From Candidatus Nomurabacteria bacterium (GTDB lineage Bacteria; Patescibacteriota; Minisyncoccia; Phycocordibacterales; CALRBL01), in assembly GCA_963834935.1 (NCBI GenBank), contig CAWIDS010000001.1:367642-431641 (forward strand): 64,000 nt of DNA, given 5' to 3'. The notes beneath the pieces are model-generated. The model saw only the letters and a list, made by a program, of their open reading frames with translations. It had not been told where the DNA came from and searched no databases. Positions within the stretch are counted from its first letter, which is position 1. The number at the start of each line of letters is the position of its first letter. A program made the position numbers and the translations under genes. Below, piece after piece: positions 61,104-64,000 of this stretch.

Positions 61104-62108
61104 ATGAAATCAGAAAGAAACTTTGCTTTTCTGCGCATCGCATTCGGCTGCGTGTGGGCCATCGACGCTTGGTTCAAATGGCAACCAGCATTTCTCAATG
61201 GCTTGAGCGACATGCTGACATCAATGCTCGACGGCCAGCCAGCATGGGTCCAAGCTTGGATTCATCTTTGGATCAACATGGTTAGTGTCCACCCTCATCT
61301 GTTTGCGGTTCTCATCGCTCTCATTGAGACCGTAATTGCATTCAGTCTCATCTTCGGTTTTCTCACCCGCATCGGATTGTGGGTCAGCATGATCTTTGCA
61401 TTTCTCATCTGGTCCATTGGCGAGGCGTTCGGCGGACCATATGTCGCCGGTTCCACCGATATCGGCTGTGCCTGCATATATATCTTCGTCGCTATCGGAC
61501 TGTATCTTGGCGCCTCATGGAGGGCATACAGCCTGGACGGATTGCTGCAGCAAAAGTATCCGAACTTTTTGCTGTGGAGGGACGGCAAGCAGAGCACTCC
61601 TCGTAATGACAAGAAAGACGGCATCATCAGCTTGCTCATCCTTGGGATGATAATCCTCGGTTCGATACTTCTCGCGGAACATGTGCCTCCCACTTCATCA
61701 CCCTCAATGCCAATGACTTCCGATCAGAGTATGGGCACGGGACCTGGTGCTATGGCTCCCTCGGGCATGACGCTGAAGACGTTCGACCTCAAACCATCTG
61801 ATCCTGTACCGACAGTCAACTTCACCATTACCCGCGATCCTGTTTCGATGGGAGGATGGGATGTCCATATCACCACGACGAATTTCACCTTTACTCCGCA
61901 GGATGTGAATCAGGCTCCGGTCGCTGACCAAGGGCATGCCCATCTCTATGTCGATGACGCGATGTACGTCGTCTATGGCAATTGGTATCACCTCGATGAC
62001 GTTCCTATTGGACAGCACACGATCACCGTATCGCTCATGGCCAATGATCACAGCATCTTCTCCGAGAACGGAAAGTGGATCGAAGCAACGACCACTATCA
62101 CGCAATAA
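61104..62108 (+). CDS. DoxX/TQO-like membrane domain fused to His/Met-rich extracellular domain
   Basis: LRIAFG...DAWFKW, EAFGGPY...TDIG; Met-rich linker; GHAHLYVD...NDH. Confidence 0.7.
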   Translation: MKSERNFAFLRIAFGCVWAIDAWFKWQPAFLNGLSDMLTSMLDGQPAWVQAWIHLWINMVSVHPHLFAVLIALIETVIAFSLIFGFLTRIGLWVSMIFAFLIWSIGEAFGGPYVAGSTDIGCACIYIFVAIGLYLGASWRAYSLDGLLQQKYPNFLLWRDGKQSTPRNDKKDGIISLLILGMIILGSILLAEHVPPTSSPSMPMTSDQSMGTGPGAMAPSGMTLKTFDLKPSDPVPTVNFTITRDPVSMGGWDVHITTTNFTFTPQDVNQAPVADQGHAHLYVDDAMYVVYGNWYHLDDVPIGQHTITVSLMANDHSIFSENGKWIEATTTITQ

Positions 62109-62116
62109 ATACATCC

Positions 62117-62538
62117 ATGAACACCCCACAAGAAAAATTGCAGGTCGCCATGAAATACGCGATGGCCAACAGGCCGAAGGTCGGAGGCTTTCCGTTCCTA
62201 GCCGAGTGCCTGCGGAAAGCGGAGTCGAGCATAATCTCTGGTCTTTGCCGGGAGCGCAAAGTATTTATGTCATGAAAGACGGCGTCGTGGTACAGCAAGG
62301 CACGCCGCTTGTTTCCGGCATGGCCGACGTTCCTGATTTCAGCGAGGAGGCGCTTATCGCCGCCCTTCGCACCGATCAGGCTGACAAGAGTACGTTTCCG
62401 GAATTCCTCTCTGCTTCGTGGAAAGCTGGCATCATCGGCTATGACGTGGATTTTTCCGCGCGGACTGTCTCGTATTTCGGAGCTCGCGCCGAGCGATACG
62501 TTGAATCGTATCCTGCGCTCGAAGTCGGAGAATTTTAA
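62117..62538 (+). CDS. DUF1398-like protein, 1-bp frameshift at ~62220
   Basis: GFPFLAECLRKA(G)V..., DQA..STFPEF...AGIIGYDVDF..RTVSYFG...Y.ESYP. Confidence 0.7.
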
Positions 62539-62684
62539 ATAGCTTTCGCCAACTGCTCACTCGTCGGCCGAGTAAGTTTGTAGATGCCGTCCTTCAAATT
62601 CGGGATGTAATGGAGCTCGGTTGTGGTCTTAAAATAGGTCATTATTTCGTCAACAGTTCGGAGCATTGTAGGACTCGCAACCAT
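62535..62684 (-). CDS. Putative 49-aa small protein
   Basis: Hand translation MVASPTMLRTVDEIMTYFK...AKAI; upstream hairpin 62690-62715. Confidence 0.3.
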   Translation of the reverse strand: MVASPTMLRTVDEIMTYFKTTTELHYIPNLKDGIYKLTRPTSEQLAKAI

Positions 62685-63197
62685 GAAAGGACTCTCCTGC
62701 CTTTGCAGAGACTCATCTTTTAATAGTTCGAAGGTAGTATTTAACCTAGGGACCCACTTCGGGAAAAGTCTTTGTGTCGCTACTCATGCATGATCGTTGA
62801 TCGAACGGGACGAGAAGTCAATGTAAGCAAACTTGAACTTCCTATAAACCACTATCTGGATTACAATTACCTCATTGGAATACACGCCTCGCTCCCCTTG
62901 GGGCACACAGAGGCCCCGATGCACACAAAATCAAGGACCAAAAATATTCAAAGGATCGATTGAATAACTCATCTTTTTATTAAGACTCTTTCATTTGGAA
63001 AGCGTGGGGTTCGTGGTTCTCTTGGGGATCGCCTGTCGGTATGGGTCTGGGCTGGGCACTGTTCATCATCCCGCTCGGATATTTTCTCCTTCTGCTTCAT
63101 ATGGCAGGAATTCTCCACTAAATAAAATATCAAAAGCCTATAGCAAAACCGCCTCAATCAAGGGGCGGTTTTCTAAACTGTAAGGCGTTAGAGACAA

Positions 63198-63578
63198 TTA
63201 CCATGTACTACTCCACAAGTTTTGAAACATCTGCTGTTCTTGCTCAAACAGTTTCTGTTGTTCGGCAAACAGTTGTTGCAGAGCATTCTGCTCATCCTGT
63301 ATCTCCTTTTGCATCGAAGTAATATCCGTACTTGTTAAGGGTGTCGTCGTTGAGAATGTTTGCCATTTTCCATCTTTATATACCGTATAGACCTGACCCT
63401 TAAAATTATTTGGCAAGTTCATCTGGACACTGACGCCGCCATCAGGCGTCGTCGATGTTGTTACATAGGGACTCGAAGATGCTGTTTGGGCATGGGCCAC
63501 TGACGCCGTCATGAACATCAAGGCGGCTACAAACCAAGCAACTACTGAGATACTTATTTTCTGTACGTTTGTTTTCAT
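63198..63578 (-). CDS. Secreted protein with Gln-rich coiled-coil C-terminus
   Basis: Signal peptide ending VAHA; QQLFAEQQKLFEQEQQMFQ. Confidence 0.7.
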   Translation of the reverse strand: MKTNVQKISISVVAWFVAALMFMTASVAHAQTASSSPYVTTSTTPDGGVSVQMNLPNNFKGQVYTVYKDGKWQTFSTTTPLTSTDITSMQKEIQDEQNALQQLFAEQQKLFEQEQQMFQNLWSSTW

Positions 63579-63753
63579 ATTTTGACAAAAGCTACGGTTA
63601 AAAAGCCTGTCCTCCGGCGGCCGACCACTCCGCCTGACCATTGACGTCATATTAAACGTATCTCCCTCAAAAAGGTGTCGTGCCTTCTCATGTATAAATA
63701 AAAAAGCAAGTAAATTAACATTCCTGAAAAAATTGATAAAATAAGGCTACCGT

Positions 63754-64000
63754 ATGAACAACGACGACATACAATTAGTAGCTAAGGCCAAAGAAAATCC
63801 CAAGGAGTACGAGAAACTCTACACCAAATATTCCGATAAAGTGTTCAACTATTTCTGGTACCGCACAGGGCACGACAAAATGCTTTCAGAAGACTTAATG
63901 CAAGAGACTTTTTTGCGTGGCTTTCAATACCTCAACCGTTTCAATAATCGGGGTTATTCATACCTCACCTACCTCATCACCATCGCTCATAATGTTCTCG
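63754..64000 (+). CDS. ECF sigma-70 factor (5' part; runs off window)
   Basis: MNNDDIQLV...YEKLYTKY...SEDLMQETFLRG...YLITIAHN region 2. Confidence 0.85.
   Translation, partial: MNNDDIQLVAKAKENPKEYEKLYTKYSDKVFNYFWYRTGHDKMLSEDLMQETFLRGFQYLNRFNNRGYSYLTYLITIAHNVL

Noticed and set aside
62772-63183. Several ~60-aa ORFs
   Set aside because: Overlapping, no recognisable motifs; cannot choose a real frame
1-64000. CRISPR array, integron attC array, DGR, rRNA, self-splicing intron
   Set aside because: No regularly spaced repeats, integrase, reverse transcriptase, TR/VR pair or rRNA/intron motifs seen by eye
1-64000. Alternative genetic code (UGA=Gly, as in Gracilibacteria/Absconditabacteria)
   Set aside because: Conserved genes have no in-frame TGA, and TGA terminates tpiA, rplE and adk at expected positions

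Overview
A 64-kb chromosomal segment from a small-genome bacterium, most consistent with Patescibacteria/CPR (Parcubacteria-like). The code is standard table 11, rpmD/L30 is absent between rpsE and rplO, start contexts lack Shine-Dalgarno motifs, and many genes look leaderless. Contents in order: a type IV pilus/pilin cluster; tpiA-pgk-recJ-rnhA-comEC; the str/S10/spc ribosomal superoperon; secY-adk-map; a VirD4/TraG-like ATPase; ndk; 6S RNA; infC-rpmI-rplT; tmRNA; a large surface protein; smpB; ftsH; two tRNA-Thr; a short prfB; ftsEX; three tandem paralogous 2-TM orphan genes; pyrG; tRNA-Gln; and an accessory region with an IS3-family element. The ribosomal operon is interrupted three times: by accessory islands between rpsG/fusA and fusA/tuf, and by thrC between rplB and rpsS. 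Best novelty candidates: (1) a ~115-nt highly structured orphan ncRNA with its own promoter and terminator at 14884-14998 (-); (2) the promoter-ORF-terminator paralog array at 52.4-54.8 kb; (3) long inverted-repeat elements flanking the rpsG-fusA island; (4) a switch/pseudoknot-like rpsL leader. Seven single-base frameshifts, all in accessory or surface genes, may be sequencing errors. All calls come from reading the sequence by eye; no database searches were run.
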